Assembly: GCA_964291625.2 (NCBI GenBank)
Contig: OZ220090.1
Coordinates: forward strand, 896,001 to 960,000
DNA from: Candidatus Latescibacterota bacterium
GTDB taxonomy: Bacteria > Latescibacterota > UBA2968 > UBA8231
DNA: 64,000 nt
Reading direction: 5' to 3'
Within the stretch, counting starts at the first letter, position 1. Each line of letters opens with the position of its first letter. The position numbers were made by a program, and so were the translations under genes. This document shows, piece by piece, positions 10,092 through 19,222 of this stretch. The notes under the pieces were generated by a model. That model searched no databases and was not told where the DNA came from. It was given only the letters and a program-made list of their open reading frames with translations.

Positions 10092-10579
10092 ACCATCGCC
10101 ACCTGGAGGTCGTCACCGGCACTCCGCCCGAGGCGCAACCGCTGGCTGCCATCGTCGATATTCTCCAGCGGGGCGATCTCGAGGAGTGGCGGCCGATCGC
10201 CCAAGCCATTCGCCGGGATCCGATGGGTGAGTTCGCCGGCAAGGTGCTGCACCTGTTGGACGCCTACCCGATGTACGGGACCTCCTCCCTCTGGCGGTCG
10301 TGGATCGACCGTTGCCGGGCGCGCGCCGAGGGTGCCGCGCCGTCGAAGGAGGTGGCACCCGCGGCCCTCCGGCGGCGGCTGGGGATGACCCAGGTGGAGG
10401 TCGCCGGGCGGATGGGCATCTCCCAGTCCGACCTGTCCAAGCTGGAGCGGCGGCGCGATCTGCGGCTGTCCACGCTGCGGTCGTACGCGCAGGCCCTCGG
10501 CGGCAGGATTCGAGTTCTCTTTGTCGCGGGCGACGGCACGACGGCCATCCGGTTGGACGACGCGGACGTCAGGAGCTGA
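10088..10579 (+). CDS. XRE-family HTH protein (putative antitoxin/regulator)
   Basis: GTGA overlap with the upstream gene. LRRRLGMTQVEVAGRMGISQSDLSKLERRRDLRLSTLRSYAQALGG. Confidence 0.8.
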   Translation: MNHRHLEVVTGTPPEAQPLAAIVDILQRGDLEEWRPIAQAIRRDPMGEFAGKVLHLLDAYPMYGTSSLWRSWIDRCRARAEGAAPSKEVAPAALRRRLGMTQVEVAGRMGISQSDLSKLERRRDLRLSTLRSYAQALGGRIRVLFVAGDGTTAIRLDDADVRS

Positions 10580-10818
10580 CCGCAGGGCGCCGGTTCAGAC
10601 TGTGCTGATTGCTCCGGGCCTATAGCCATGACGATTCCTACAGAGGATCCCGACGCCGGTCTGGAGATACGCGAAGGATTCGCAGGCAAGTTGCAGGCGT
10701 CACTGAAGAGAGTGGCAAATGGGGGCCGCACTCGTTCGGCCGACCAAGTAGCGAAGAGGCAGGACCTGTCCTGGGGACGTGCCGGGTCGAGTTCACCGGC
10801 ATAGTGGAAGGGGGTGGC

Positions 10819-12492
10819 TCACCGAACGCGTCTCGCGCCCTGCCTCAGCACGTCCTCCGCTATCCTTGCCCCGGTCCTGTTCGGTCCGGCGAATATCAGA
10901 CAATACAGAGCCCGGCCATTGGTGCTCTGAATCTCCCGGGCAGTGGAAACGTAGCCGAAAACATCCTTGAGCCGTCTGCGATACCACTTGACCAGGATAT
11001 CGCCAGAGTCTCCTACCTTGCTGATGTTGTCGCTGCCGAACATATCGTGACCCTGCTCGTAGAGCAGATCGTACCACTCACTCGTCCCGAAGTATCGGTC
11101 GAGCTTGTTGCGTTCGCTGGCGCTGAACTGCCCGCTTCTCTTTAGCAACCGCTGGATGGCCATGCCTACGGGGAAGTTCAGGAAGACCTCCATGGCCTCC
11201 GTCCTTCCCATTTCAACAAGGGTGTCCCAACGAACCTGCATGCCGAAGGGATCCAGGAAAACGACGCCGCGCCACTTCTTCCAATCGACCTTCGAGATCA
11301 GCCTGCGCAAGTACTCATTGCAGTCTTGCGACCGCACATGGATTCTCCGTTCCGACTTTCTGTAGCCTTGCTTCAGGCTCCTGAGTTGCGAGCGACGACT
11401 CTCATCGATCTCGATAAACACGTAGTCCGTAAAGGGCTTCTCCAGTTCCAGAGCGACACGGGGTGAACCGCCGATGTACTCTTCGGTGCCGCTGTCCTGC
11501 TCTACGTGAGCGGAGAAGCCAAGCAGCAGTTCCTGAGCGGCATCTCTCTCTTCCTGGCGACGGACGCGCAGGGTTCCCGGCCCTGCAAAGGCATCGATGT
11601 AGAAGTATCCCTCGAACCGCTGCTTGCTGAGAATCGTTGTGTATGCGTGGAGGTACTTGCGGAGACACTCCAGCTGCTCCGTCGCCCAAGGGCCGACATC
11701 CGGCGGGTCTTCCGCACCATCGCCGGGTGCGCCTGCCGCTTGCAGCGACGCTCCGGCCCGGCGGCGGGCATCCACTTCCGGGTACTCCAGCCACTGTCGT
11801 CCATCGAGGGTGTTCCCCCCCGCCTTGGGAGTGCGTCCTCCCCATTGCTTGAAGAAGAAGGCAACACCCTGAGCCTGACATTGGTCGCGCAGGGAGCGGG
11901 CCCATCCGGGCTGCATCGGCCGGGCTTCCGGACCGCTCTCGCCTCCCGCGATGACCCAGTGGATGTGCTGCAGATCCACCTCACCCAGGGGACCGATCAG
12001 AGGCTCGAAGGAAACGAAGCGCACCGAGGCCCTGGTCTGCTGCAAGTGCCGAAGTCGAGTCAAGGCCGCGGCGTCCTCGACGGACACGCCCAACCAGATA
12101 TGAGGGGGAGCCTCCCCGCCCCGGTAGCGATCCCGGACGAACCGACGCATGAGAGAGCTGCGCTTGGTGAGCACTTGGTAGATGTGCCAGTCGGCGCGCT
12201 CCATGGTGTCGAACACGCGCCGGATGTACTCGATGGGAATGTCCTTGTGAAAGAGGTCGCTCATCGAGTTGACGAAGATGAGCTGCGGGCGCCGCCAGTG
12301 GGTGGGTTGATCCAGGCGCCTGGGGCGCAGGGTCAGATCGAAGCCGGACTCGAAGGGGTGCCCTTCAACGCCTCGGAAGCGCTCGGAGAGGCGCTCGGCA
12401 TAGCAGTGATCGCAGCCCGTGCTGACCTTTGTGCAGCCCGTCACCGGGTTCCAGGTGCTGTTGGTCCACTCGATCGTGCTCTTGAGAGCCAT
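10819..12492 (-). CDS. Fusion of DUF5131 (phage Gp37/Gp68 family) and three-Cys-motif partner TcmP-like methyltransferase
   Basis: N-terminus: IEWTNSTWNPVTGCTKVSTGCDHCYAE, FVNSMSDLFH, GGESGP, FFFKQWGG. C-terminus: GPWATEQLECLRKY, YIDAFAGPG, FLDPFGMQ, EVFLNFP. One continuous 557-aa ORF. Confidence 0.85.
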   Translation of the reverse strand: MALKSTIEWTNSTWNPVTGCTKVSTGCDHCYAERLSERFRGVEGHPFESGFDLTLRPRRLDQPTHWRRPQLIFVNSMSDLFHKDIPIEYIRRVFDTMERADWHIYQVLTKRSSLMRRFVRDRYRGGEAPPHIWLGVSVEDAAALTRLRHLQQTRASVRFVSFEPLIGPLGEVDLQHIHWVIAGGESGPEARPMQPGWARSLRDQCQAQGVAFFFKQWGGRTPKAGGNTLDGRQWLEYPEVDARRRAGASLQAAGAPGDGAEDPPDVGPWATEQLECLRKYLHAYTTILSKQRFEGYFYIDAFAGPGTLRVRRQEERDAAQELLLGFSAHVEQDSGTEEYIGGSPRVALELEKPFTDYVFIEIDESRRSQLRSLKQGYRKSERRIHVRSQDCNEYLRRLISKVDWKKWRGVVFLDPFGMQVRWDTLVEMGRTEAMEVFLNFPVGMAIQRLLKRSGQFSASERNKLDRYFGTSEWYDLLYEQGHDMFGSDNISKVGDSGDILVKWYRRRLKDVFGYVSTAREIQSTNGRALYCLIFAGPNRTGARIAEDVLRQGARRVR

Positions 12493-12529
12493 CTCGGCCG
12501 CCCTTGTTCAGTGTGGTATTAGATGCTCA

Positions 12530-12558
12530 AATGTATACATATCTTACTCTGCAATCAA
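12530..12558 (-). promoter_or_regulatory. Putative sigma70 promoter overlapping the palindrome ATGTATACAT
   Basis: Minus strand TTGATT-17 bp-TACATT in an AT-rich patch upstream of ATG 12492. Confidence 0.5.
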
Positions 12559-12653
12559 CCCGGCTCCTCGACGGAGAATAGGGCAATCGCTCTATCGTCG
12601 CCGATCCCCCGGGTCTGGTGCCTCGCAACCAGTCAAGGGCTATCTTGAGCCCA

Positions 12654-14027
12654 ATGCCCACTTCCCTCGCCTTCCGCGACAGCCGGCTGCCGCAGGAGCC
12701 GTCCCAGGACGACCTGCGGGCGGCCGCCGCCGACTACGAGGCCGTCTGCCTGGCCAACATGCGCGCCGTGGTCGAGCGCTTCGAACGCCACGGCGGCGCC
12801 TATCCCTTCGTCGACACCAAGCTCGACCTGCGCTCCGGGCGGGACCACCCGGCCGGCGACCCGGTCCGGGGCCGCGACACGATCTACGGCTGGATCCAGG
12901 GCCGGGGGCTGGAGGCCGTGGCCGGTCACGCCCTCTGGGCCGAGGCGGACCCGCGCCCGCCGCTGCAGGAACTGGCGCCGCGGCTACGGGCCATGGCCGC
13001 GGCCGTCCTCGACTCGGTGCGGCGTCTGCGGGCCCGCAACGAGGGCCACCTGTTCTTCTTCATGTCCCCCGACGGCTCCCCCTTCATCATCGGCCCCGGG
13101 GACCGCCGCGAGCCGGTGGAGGTCACCGCCGCCACGCCGAGCGGCTTCAGCGACCTCTTCGGCGCCAAGGGCCTCTTCGCCGCTGCCCGCCTCCTCGGGG
13201 ACTCCGCCGCCGCAGCCGAGGCCGTGGAGTGGATGGGGCGGGTCTCGGCCGACATCTGGTCGAGGCGCTTCGCCAGCGACCAGCAGCCCCTGGACCCGAC
13301 GAACCCGATCGAGACCCTCCCCGGCCGCCACGGCCACGGGCCGTACATGATCCAGCTCGGCGCCGCCTCCCTCGGCGCCCGGGCCGGGCTTGCCGGCGCC
13401 GCCGAGGACGGGCTGCGCATGGTCCGCCACGTCCTCGACAACCACGCCAACCTGGACGGCCGCGCCGGGTTCCGGAAAGGCGACTTCTGGGAGTTCGTCG
13501 ACGACGAGGGGCAGCCCCTGCTCGACGAGGGCCTGATCCTCTCCGACCCGGGCCACGCCCTGGAGTTCGTGGGACTCGCCTTCAAGCTCCTGGGGGAGGC
13601 GGGAAACCGGTCCGAGGCCGCCGCTCTCACAGGCCCCCTCTTCCGGGTGATGGACCGGGTCTTCGGCTACGGCTTCCAGCCGGGGCCGGGCGGGATCTGC
13701 AAGGCCTACGACCTCGTGGCCCGCCGCCCCATCCACACGGACATGCCCTGGTGGAGCCTGCCCGAGACGATCCGGACGGCGGCCCTGGCCTGGCGGGCCC
13801 TGGACGACGACGGGGAGAGGCGGCGCTGCCTGCGCATCTGGGCCGCCTGCCACAACGCCTTCTTCGAGCACTTCCTGCGGCCCGAGGTTCACCTGATGGC
13901 GGTGCAGATGCGCGCCGCCGACGGCTCCGTCTCCCCGGCGATCCCGGCCACGGCCGACGCCGACCCCGGGTACCACACGGGGCTGAGCCTCCTCGACGTG
14001 GTCGAGGCCGTGAGGACCGCCCCGTGA
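12654..14027 (+). CDS. AGE-family (N-acylglucosamine 2-epimerase-like) sugar epimerase/isomerase
   Basis: GWIQGR, DPGHALEF, PWWSLPE, DPGYH motifs of the alpha6/alpha6 AGE fold. Confidence 0.7.
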   Translation: MPTSLAFRDSRLPQEPSQDDLRAAAADYEAVCLANMRAVVERFERHGGAYPFVDTKLDLRSGRDHPAGDPVRGRDTIYGWIQGRGLEAVAGHALWAEADPRPPLQELAPRLRAMAAAVLDSVRRLRARNEGHLFFFMSPDGSPFIIGPGDRREPVEVTAATPSGFSDLFGAKGLFAAARLLGDSAAAAEAVEWMGRVSADIWSRRFASDQQPLDPTNPIETLPGRHGHGPYMIQLGAASLGARAGLAGAAEDGLRMVRHVLDNHANLDGRAGFRKGDFWEFVDDEGQPLLDEGLILSDPGHALEFVGLAFKLLGEAGNRSEAAALTGPLFRVMDRVFGYGFQPGPGGICKAYDLVARRPIHTDMPWWSLPETIRTAALAWRALDDDGERRRCLRIWAACHNAFFEHFLRPEVHLMAVQMRAADGSVSPAIPATADADPGYHTGLSLLDVVEAVRTAP

Positions 14028-15571
14028 GCTGGGACACCGTCCTCGTCGGCGCCGGCGCCGCCGGCTGCGTCCTCGCCGCGCGTCTGTCGGAGGCCGGGCG
14101 GCGGGTGCTGCTGCTCGAGGCGGGCCCCGACTTCCCCGACCCGGAGGAGATGCCCTCGGAGGTGCGGCGGGCCTACGGCGAGCGGGGCATCTGGTCCCGG
14201 GCCTTCGGCTACAACACCCGCTTGGGATGGGGCTACCGGGCGCGCGCCACCGACACGCACCCGGACATGTACGTCCCCCGGGGCCGCCTGGTGGGCGGCT
14301 CCAGCGCCGTCAACGCCCAGATCTTCCTCCGCGGCCTGCCCGAGGACTACGACGGCTGGGCCGCCGCCGGCAACCCGGCGTGGGCCTGGGAGAAGGTCCT
14401 GCCCTGCCTGAAGCGGATCGAGGCCGACCCGGACTTCGACGACGACTTCCACGGCGCCGAGGGGCCGATCCCGGTGCAGCGGTTCTCCTACCAGGAGTGC
14501 GCGGCCGAGCAGAAGGCCTTCTACGACGTCCTGCGCGACCGGGGACAGCCCGACTGCCCCGACCACAACGACCCGGACTCCACCGGCGTCGGGCCCCTGC
14601 CCCTGAACAACGCCGGCGGCATCCGCTGGAGCGCCGCCCTCGGCTACCTGACCCCCGAGGTCAGGGCGCGCCCCAACCTGGAGATCCGGGCCCGGGCCCC
14701 GGCGGGGCGGATCGTCGTCGAAGGGGGCCGCGCCGCGGCCGTGGAGATGCGGGGTCCCGCCGGCGTGGAGCGCGTCGACGCCGGGGAGATCATCCTCACG
14801 GGCGGCGCCATCGGCTCCCCGCAGCTGCTGCTGCTCTCCGGGATCGGGCCCGCCGGCGACCTGGAGGCCCTGGGCATTCCCGTGCAGGCCGACCTGCCGG
14901 GGGTGGGCGGCAACCTGCGCTGCCACGCCCAGTGCGGCCTCAGCGTCGAGGCGCAACCCGCCTTCCTCGGCACCGGGGAGGGACCGCCCCTCCAGATGGC
15001 CTGCCGGTACACGGCCGCCGGCTCCGGCCTGCGCAACGACATGTTCCTCCACCCCGGCTCCGCCGCCCCCCGGGGCGGGTACTACCACGACACCGAGGTC
15101 GTCGGCTTCAACCTGGTGGCCTCCATCTATCTGGCCGCAGGCGCGGGAAGTCTGCGCCTGGCGTCCACCGATCCCGGACGGCAGCCGCTGCTCGACTACA
15201 ACTACCTCGGGGACTCCGCCGACCTCGACCGCATGCGCGAGGGCGTGCGGATCCTCCTCGACATGCTCGACCAGGAGGCCTTCCGCCGAATCACCCGGGG
15301 GCCGCTGAACATCTCCCCCGCCGACACCGCCTCCGACGCCGCCCTCGACGACTGGATGCGCCGCGTCGTGGCCACCAGCCACCACGTCTCCGGCACCTGC
15401 AAGATGGGCCCCGACAGCGACCCGGCGGCCGTCGTCGACGAGTGCGGCCGGGTGAAGGGGGTGGAGGGGCTGCGGGTGGCCGACGCCTCGATCATGCACG
15501 ACTGCATCCGAGCCAACACCAACCTGGCGACCATGATGATCGCCGAGCGCCTGGCCGAGCTGATGGCCTAG
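14024..15571 (+). CDS. GMC oxidoreductase (choline dehydrogenase-like)
   Basis: VGAGAAGCVLAARLSE, PRGRLVGGSSAVN, GAIGSPQLLLLSGIG, HVSGTCKMG, LRVADASIM, NTNLATMMIAER. Confidence 0.93.
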   Translation: MSWDTVLVGAGAAGCVLAARLSEAGRRVLLLEAGPDFPDPEEMPSEVRRAYGERGIWSRAFGYNTRLGWGYRARATDTHPDMYVPRGRLVGGSSAVNAQIFLRGLPEDYDGWAAAGNPAWAWEKVLPCLKRIEADPDFDDDFHGAEGPIPVQRFSYQECAAEQKAFYDVLRDRGQPDCPDHNDPDSTGVGPLPLNNAGGIRWSAALGYLTPEVRARPNLEIRARAPAGRIVVEGGRAAAVEMRGPAGVERVDAGEIILTGGAIGSPQLLLLSGIGPAGDLEALGIPVQADLPGVGGNLRCHAQCGLSVEAQPAFLGTGEGPPLQMACRYTAAGSGLRNDMFLHPGSAAPRGGYYHDTEVVGFNLVASIYLAAGAGSLRLASTDPGRQPLLDYNYLGDSADLDRMREGVRILLDMLDQEAFRRITRGPLNISPADTASDAALDDWMRRVVATSHHVSGTCKMGPDSDPAAVVDECGRVKGVEGLRVADASIMHDCIRANTNLATMMIAERLAELMA

Positions 15572-15725
15572 GGGCCCAGGTACACCGTCTTCCGCACGCT
15601 CTCCAGTCTGCCCTCGAGATACAGGTAGACTCCCGATCCCCTCTCCCGGGGTCCCACCTGAGCCGGCTCGCTCCCGGCCCGAGGACTTCGTCCACCAGTA
15701 CTTCCTCAAGTTGGCCGATGGCAGG
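15568..15725 (-). pseudogene. Relic C-terminal sorting-domain fragment paralogous to the CotH C-terminus
   Basis: Reads IGQLEEVLVDEVLGPGASRLRWDPG-(shift)-RGSGVYL-YLEGRLESVRKTVYLGP*. Compare LGQYEGVLVDAAVPAGRSRFTWTPGDRGAGIYLFALEVDGRLEAVRKAAYLRE of the adjacent gene. Confidence 0.7.
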
Positions 15726-15777
15726 AGTGTTGCCAATCGACCCGGTTGGTACCGCCGGCTCAGAGCCTCCGAGCAAC

Positions 15778-18474
15778 TCACTCTCTCAGGTACGCCGCTT
15801 TCCGCACGGCTTCCAGCCGTCCGTCCACCTCCAGGGCGAAAAGGTAGATTCCAGCCCCCCTATCCCCGGGCGTCCATGTGAACCGGCTGCGGCCAGCGGG
15901 CACGGCCGCGTCGACCAGAACCCCCTCATACTGGCCCAGGGTGTTGTAGACCTTGAGGGTAGCCCACGCCGTCCTGCCCAGATCGAGGTTGAATGCGACC
16001 GTTGAGGAGAAGGGATTGGGAGTCGACTCCGACAGAACGAAGGGCACCCAGGAGTCGCCCGTGCCACGATGGGTGTAGACACTGTTGGCCGCGCCCGGGG
16101 TTCCACCCGCCTCAAGGGAAGCCATCCAGCTCGCGGGGTCTTCGTTGTCCAGATCGTAGTGGCGCAGTTCCAGGGTGGGGCCGTCCCCGTCGGCCTCCTC
16201 CGGCCAGGGCGGATCATCGCCATAGACGACCGAGTCGACCAGCAAGCCGTGACGGTCGTACAGGCGAATCGATTCTCCGCTGTTCCTCAATCCGAAATCG
16301 AAGTCTCCGAGGCAAGCGGCTTGGGACAGGAACTGCAGGGCCCTTCGGTCCTGACAGAGCACGAGGAATCCACCCGGCTGAACGAGGGTTCGATCGGGCA
16401 ACACGAAGGAGTGCTCATCGTTGCCGTCCCTGAAGAACCAGCCGGACAGATCGGCCGGGTTGTCACCCGCATGGTACAGCTCGACCCAGTCCCCCGTATC
16501 CCGGCCATCGGAGGAGTGGTAGTTTATCTCGTTGATCACGACCTCCGGGGAGGGAAGGGAGATCCTGGAGTAAACCCAGTCTGCGCGAGATGTCAGCGTT
16601 GCCAGGGCAGGGTCCAGCAGCTTCAATGTATCGCCGGAGGAAATCTCAAAGAAGAGATCACCGAATACCGGTGTTCGGGGGAAGAGATGCTGGGCGACAT
16701 CTCTCTTCGAGGAGAGTACCAGGGTGTCCCCCGCGGCAAGGCGGGTCCCCGGGGGGAACATGAAGCGGTTGAAGTACTCCCCGGACTGGAAGCTGCAGTA
16801 GGCGAGGTTCAGCTCTGATCCACCGGCGTTTGCGATTTCGACGAAGTACTCATTCCGCATCTCATGGACCTCGCCAATCCTCAGCCGCTCATACTCCTTC
16901 CTGGTGGCGCCACTTGCATTCAGGGCCAGGGTCTTGGTGGCCTTGTAGTTGATGTAGAACAGGCCGTTGGGCGGATAGCTGTAGGCCCCGGCCCGGAAGG
17001 CATAGGGTACGAGGCCGAGGAAGTTGGCGGGAAGAAGGAGGCGGTTGCCGTACACCAGGTCCCCCGCCTGCAGATCGTCGTGCTGTCCGTCGTCAAAGAG
17101 GGGGAGCTTCCTGATCTCCATGGCCTCTCCCCAGGTGTAGGAAGTCAGGTCGGTAGTGTACTCGACGACTACCGATTGGGGAACGGGAGAAGTTGCGCGA
17201 AAGATGACGCCCCGATCGTCCCCCATGGTTACAGGGAATGGAGTAGAGCAGTACAGATTCGACAGGGGTTCCTTTTCGAAGAAGGTAGAGTTGGTGAGAG
17301 AGGATCTCCTGGCGCTCAAGAACCCTTTCAGGCGGGAGATCTCCCGATCAAAATCCTCGTTTGTGCCTCTCTTGAAATCATCCAGGTATACGTCAGATCT
17401 GATCAGTCCGTAAGTCGAATCGATCTGAGCCTCCACCAATTCAAAACCCCGGCCTGTAACCGTATGGACCATCTTCCAGAAGGCTCGTCGAAGAGTCTCG
17501 TACTCCATCAGCCTTTGGAACAATAGATGGTATCGAAAGGAGTAAGTCAGGTAGGTAGTTTCGAAATAGGGTCGGTATTCGCCAGTCCAGTGGTTGCCGA
17601 AAGAAGCGTCATGATCCCACGGCAGAATCTGCTCCAGCCTTCCCTCGGGGTTGAAATAGAGCAAGGTGTTCTTTACCACCGAGTCAAAGCTGGAGATCGC
17701 ATAGGCAACGGCGAAATAGTGGAGAGCACCCTCTACGTTCACAATGTGAGGCAACCGCGCCTGAAGATCCTCGTGGGACAGGTAGAAGACCTGATTGAAC
17801 AGGCGCTGCAAGTCCGTGTAGTCCGATTCTGTCCCTGCCTTCTTGTTCCATGCGACAGCATAGTTGGTGAAGTCCAGCAAGGGCGCGGTGCTCCCGGCGT
17901 TGTTCTCGGACTTGAAGAGACTGCCGGGCTGCAGATGGTAACGCTCCAGGAACTCCTCTCCAGGCTCTTCCACCTGAACGAAGACGCCCATGAACATGTC
18001 GTTGACCATGAGGCTGATGTGCCGGACAGCAGGCGCCGGATGTCCAAGGGACCGAAAGAGCATCATGGCCAGGGCGTTGCGCATCAGGGAGAGGTCGGTG
18101 TACTCGGCGTTGAGATTGAGTTCTCTCACTCCGAGTGGATTCCGGCGGTTCTCAAACCAGACTTTCCAGCTCTTCTTCCGGTGCTTGCGGGCCGTGGCTC
18201 CCCTGAACCTCACCTCGCACGCCTGCCTCTGACCGGCAAAGGAGAATCGGGCGGGGAATCGAGTCTCTTCGTGGGGTGACTGATTCAGAGCGTCCAGGTC
18301 CTGGGGATCGATGGTCAGGTGATACACGGGGAGTCTGAGCTGTTCCTCGCTGGCGAGGACAGGGATGACCGTGACGGAGACCAGGACCAGGATTGGTGCG
18401 AGGAAGGGAAGGGCCCATGTGCCATGGTCCGACTTGGCGCCGAACCGTGCATCACGCCGCAACGTCATCGCCAC
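15778..18474 (-). CDS. Secreted CotH-family kinase with lamin-tail domains and T9SS-type C-terminal domain
   Basis: Hydrophobic signal, EVRFRG...KKSWKV, DLSLMRN, LPWDHDASFG (CotH). LFDDGQHDDLQAGDLVYG (choice-of-anchor X-like). VVINEINY...DWVELY (LTD). PNPFS...LKVYNTLGQ...GIYL tail. Confidence 0.88.
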   Translation of the reverse strand: MAMTLRRDARFGAKSDHGTWALPFLAPILVLVSVTVIPVLASEEQLRLPVYHLTIDPQDLDALNQSPHEETRFPARFSFAGQRQACEVRFRGATARKHRKKSWKVWFENRRNPLGVRELNLNAEYTDLSLMRNALAMMLFRSLGHPAPAVRHISLMVNDMFMGVFVQVEEPGEEFLERYHLQPGSLFKSENNAGSTAPLLDFTNYAVAWNKKAGTESDYTDLQRLFNQVFYLSHEDLQARLPHIVNVEGALHYFAVAYAISSFDSVVKNTLLYFNPEGRLEQILPWDHDASFGNHWTGEYRPYFETTYLTYSFRYHLLFQRLMEYETLRRAFWKMVHTVTGRGFELVEAQIDSTYGLIRSDVYLDDFKRGTNEDFDREISRLKGFLSARRSSLTNSTFFEKEPLSNLYCSTPFPVTMGDDRGVIFRATSPVPQSVVVEYTTDLTSYTWGEAMEIRKLPLFDDGQHDDLQAGDLVYGNRLLLPANFLGLVPYAFRAGAYSYPPNGLFYINYKATKTLALNASGATRKEYERLRIGEVHEMRNEYFVEIANAGGSELNLAYCSFQSGEYFNRFMFPPGTRLAAGDTLVLSSKRDVAQHLFPRTPVFGDLFFEISSGDTLKLLDPALATLTSRADWVYSRISLPSPEVVINEINYHSSDGRDTGDWVELYHAGDNPADLSGWFFRDGNDEHSFVLPDRTLVQPGGFLVLCQDRRALQFLSQAACLGDFDFGLRNSGESIRLYDRHGLLVDSVVYGDDPPWPEEADGDGPTLELRHYDLDNEDPASWMASLEAGGTPGAANSVYTHRGTGDSWVPFVLSESTPNPFSSTVAFNLDLGRTAWATLKVYNTLGQYEGVLVDAAVPAGRSRFTWTPGDRGAGIYLFALEVDGRLEAVRKAAYLRE

Positions 18475-19222
18475 GGCCCCTTCCTTCGAGACAGCTGTCG
18501 ATGACGTAGCGGTACTTCGAGTATCCGCGCTGCACCAGACAGAAGCGCTTGATCAGGTCCAGGGCCCAGAACGGCACCAGGGACTCGGTCTTGATCTCCA
18601 GGACGACGGGAGAGTCCGTCCACTGCGCGGTGACCTCGTCGTCGTAGTAGCTCATCTCCCCGTCAGGGCTCCACAGGTCGTATGAACCGCGCATCAGGCG
18701 GTAGCGCATGGCGCGGTCGAAGGTGATGCGGCCGTAAGCGTCGACCTCGCTGACGAAGGGCTCCCGTTCGTAGCGCACGTGCAGGACTGGTTCGGTACCG
18801 TACAGATGGTGCAGGTCGACGAAGGTGCGGGGCATGGCCTCGCGCCGGGGCGGTGTGCGGTCCCGCCGGCGGACTTGAAGCACCTCGGGCCACTCGCTCG
18901 CGGCGATGCGCTCGCGGACCTTCCAGACGGTGCGGCTGTGCCGGTACTTGACCTCGAGGGTGGCGGACTCGACGCGGCCGGTGCCGTAGTAGCGGACCCT
19001 CGGCTTGAAGCGCAACAGCTGGCGTAGTCGGGTGTCGTGGTAGAAGCGCAACCCGGGCGTGTCCATGTAGACGCTGTTGACCGTGTAGCCTGGCTCCTCC
19101 GCGGGGAGGTTGGCGTCGAGGGAGAACAGGGGCTGGATGAACTCGCGGATCTCCGCGGCCAGCTCTTCGGTCACCGTGTACTTCAGCTCGTACCGGTGGA
19201 TGGGGGCGAGGTCAACCGCCAT
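18452..19222 (-). CDS. VTC/polyphosphate polymerase domain protein
   Basis: HRYELKY, YTVNSVYMDTP, FKPRVRYY, LEVKYR, YEREPF, RITFD, VLEIK, YSKY (TTM tunnel-fold signature). Confidence 0.88.
   Translation of the reverse strand: MAVDLAPIHRYELKYTVTEELAAEIREFIQPLFSLDANLPAEEPGYTVNSVYMDTPGLRFYHDTRLRQLLRFKPRVRYYGTGRVESATLEVKYRHSRTVWKVRERIAASEWPEVLQVRRRDRTPPRREAMPRTFVDLHHLYGTEPVLHVRYEREPFVSEVDAYGRITFDRAMRYRLMRGSYDLWSPDGEMSYYDDEVTAQWTDSPVVLEIKTESLVPFWALDLIKRFCLVQRGYSKYRYVIDSCLEGRGRGDDVAA

Noticed and set aside
12419-15571. 1050-aa ORF, and similar long N-terminal extensions (35486..39016, 45822..48863, 7160..8674)
   Set aside because: Stop-poor GC-rich frames overlapping real upstream genes. The true starts are the overlapping GTG/ATG codons listed in features.
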